The notes below the pieces were generated by a model that was given only the letters and a program-made list of their open reading frames with translations, had not been told where the DNA came from and did no database searches. A DNA stretch of 63,747 nucleotides, counting the filler, from Octopus bimaculoides (taxonomy: Eukaryota), in assembly GCF_001194135.2 (NCBI RefSeq). It is 11 parts of 11 records of this genome, joined end to end, with 100 filler letters (N's around TTAATTAATTAA, not from the genome) between each part and the next. Parts side by side here need not be neighbours in the genome. Positions count along the whole stretch, not along the records: positions 60,483 to 62,015 come from NC_068998.1; positions 62,116 to 63,747 come from NW_026406533.1; 9 more parts are not named here. One strand, written 5' to 3'. Numbering within the stretch: the first letter of the stretch is position 1; each line of letters opens with the position of its first letter. The position numbers were made by a program, and so were the translations under genes. Below, one piece after another: positions 61,757 to 63,747 of the stretch.

Positions 61757-63747
61757 ATGTGTATCGCAGTCATGGGCATTGTTGGTGTCATGTAAAAAGC
61801 ACCCATTACAGTCCTGGAGTGGTTGGCGTTAGGAAGGGCATCCAGCTGTAGAAACCATGCCAAATCAGACTGGAATCTGGTGCAGCTCCCCAGCTCATCA
61901 GCCCCAGTCAAACTATCTAACCCATGCCAGGATGGAGAATGGACGTTAAGTGATGATGATAACGATGATGATGATGATGATGATGATGATATATATATAT
62001 ATATATATATATATANNNNNNNNNNNNNNNNNNNNNNNNNNNNNNNNNNNNNNNNNNNNTTAATTAATTAANNNNNNNNNNNNNNNNNNNNNNNNNNNNN
62101 NNNNNNNNNNNNNNNCACACATATGTATGTATATATGTATATATATGTATGTATATATATGTATATACACATATGTATTTATATAAACGTGTGGATGTGT
62201 GTGTATTTGAGTGCGTGTCTTTATATTTGTGCTTCTCTTCCACCGCCGCCAGACAACAGGTGTTGGTTTGATTGTGTCCCTATGAGTGATTCGACAAAAG
62301 CGACCGATAGAATAAGTACCAGGTTTAAAAGTAGCACCGATGCCGATTTATTGATTTGATCCTTCAAGACAATGCCCAAGCATGGTTGCAATCCAGTGAC
62401 TGAAAGACAAATGAATGTCTTACCCAGTCCACCAAAGATTCGAACACAACAATCAGAAACTGGTAATTGCTTTGTTCTTAACAGAAGCTATTCTGTCTCT
62501 CCACCAATTATAACCGGTACAAAAGCTCTTTCTCTACCCATTACTTTCCTTCTTTCTTTCGTCCCTGATTTTGCGAACATTTTCTTGTTCCAAGCTCTCA
62601 GATAATTATAATCCCAGTCCTTTCCTTCTCCATAACCTTTCTTACATCATCTCACCTTATTCTTCCTATTAATTCGCTTACAAAACTGAAAGAACATTTA
62701 TAACTCCTACTAATGTAATTCTGCAGTAAACAACCCACATTTCGTAACCTCTCCAGTGGTGGTCTTTCTCTAATTCCAACTCCTTGCTTCTCTCTTTCTC
62801 TTTGCCCTATATCTATTTATTTAATATTTTCGCCACCACACGTCTTACGTCTTTAGTAGAAGGTTCATGATCTTCCATAACGTGAGTTCATGAACTGGCT
62901 ATAAATCATTACACCATAATGAGAGTGCTGCATGCATACTAACAATAACTCTATAACTATATCTCTAGTTATTTGACTTTATGGCCTCAATTGTCATTAT
63001 TATTAATGTTATTCTTAATTTCCAATTTCCATCTTATAAAATAATATTAACATTTCCCTTACATGATGGGAGATAGCCATGATCTAGGTTGGCAGCAATG
63101 CTTATTCCCACGCCCCTACTATCACTGAATTGTAAATAACTGTTACAATATTTAAAAATTGATACTTGTAACTTACTAATGCGGAGGTCTTTGTTGCAGC
63201 AGCATAGTCGTATCTTTAGTGTCAAGTAAATTCTTAAATATTATTCCTCAAATACTTATTATTTACTCATATGTTTATTATACTTTCATAACATTCGAAA
63301 ACATTATTCCAATAGTAATTGATCCCGGTCGACACTAAATTACTAAGTAAATTTCGTTGCTTTCCTGAACTCTGCTAACAAGTATGTGAGCGTTGTCAAC
63401 TTCGTCTACATATAAGTCTTACCAACATCATCTTCGGCACGCGAGCACCCAGCAACTTCTCTACTTCTATCGCACACGAAGAAATATCGTCACGCAATCT
63501 TGTCGCACACAGAGAACACCTGTGACTCAACAAAATGTAATGCAAGAACCTGTATCATGAGTCTCTGAATCTTTCGATTCTATCTTAAAATTGGATTCAT
63601 TACACACGTGACTTAACTGCAAGCAGATTCAAATGAAAGCCCTACCATATTAAATCTAATTTTTGCCACATTGATATGAGTAGAGGATTAACGAACCTGT
63701 GTTAACTCAGTCTTAAATACGTTTCTACTGATTTTGAGTTGTGGTCA

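Noticed and set aside
5472-62071. Recurrent TTAATTAATTAA as a biological motif or CRISPR-like repeat
   Set aside because: Always centred in 100-nt N gaps; it is an assembly linker.
62560-63700. Retroelement coding remnant
   Set aside because: Composition is suggestive, but no recognisable motif was found in the frames I translated.
1-63747. Numerous long ORFs in the track made of X, CV, YI, HT, poly-I, poly-L, poly-V or poly-T
   Set aside because: They are translations of N gaps and microsatellites, not genes.

Overview
Repeat-saturated, AT-rich, gappy eukaryotic scaffold. The SINE families, microsatellite load and transposon content point to an octopus or related cephalopod; this is inferred from repeats as I remember them, not from a search. 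Ten 100-nt gaps contain an artificial TTAATTAATTAA spacer, so contig order across them is not guaranteed. The only host gene I can support is MCM9, from two consecutive phase-compatible + strand exons (39306-39388, 40414-40492) encoding the end of the AAA+ region. The rest is mostly mobile DNA: Penelope-like elements (PLEs) of at least two types, full-length decayed mariner (DD34D) and rosa-type (DD41D) transposons, a Tc1 fragment, R4/Dong-like inserts in (TAA)n, RTE and CRE-like fragments, a Gypsy remnant, a non-autonomous Helitron and several tRNA-derived SINE families. The ORF track misses the most notable layer: about nine type I hammerhead ribozyme motifs, intact to degenerate. Most sit at PLE 3' ends. 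One (47138-47180) has a fully canonical core, caps a ~140-nt rod-like hairpin, has no adjacent PLE ORF, and lies sense to the presumptive MCM9 transcript; it is a retrozyme-like candidate. There is also a block of CpG decay (~37.4-62 kb) around the MCM9 exons, and a head-to-head inversion inside a Naiad-type PLE.
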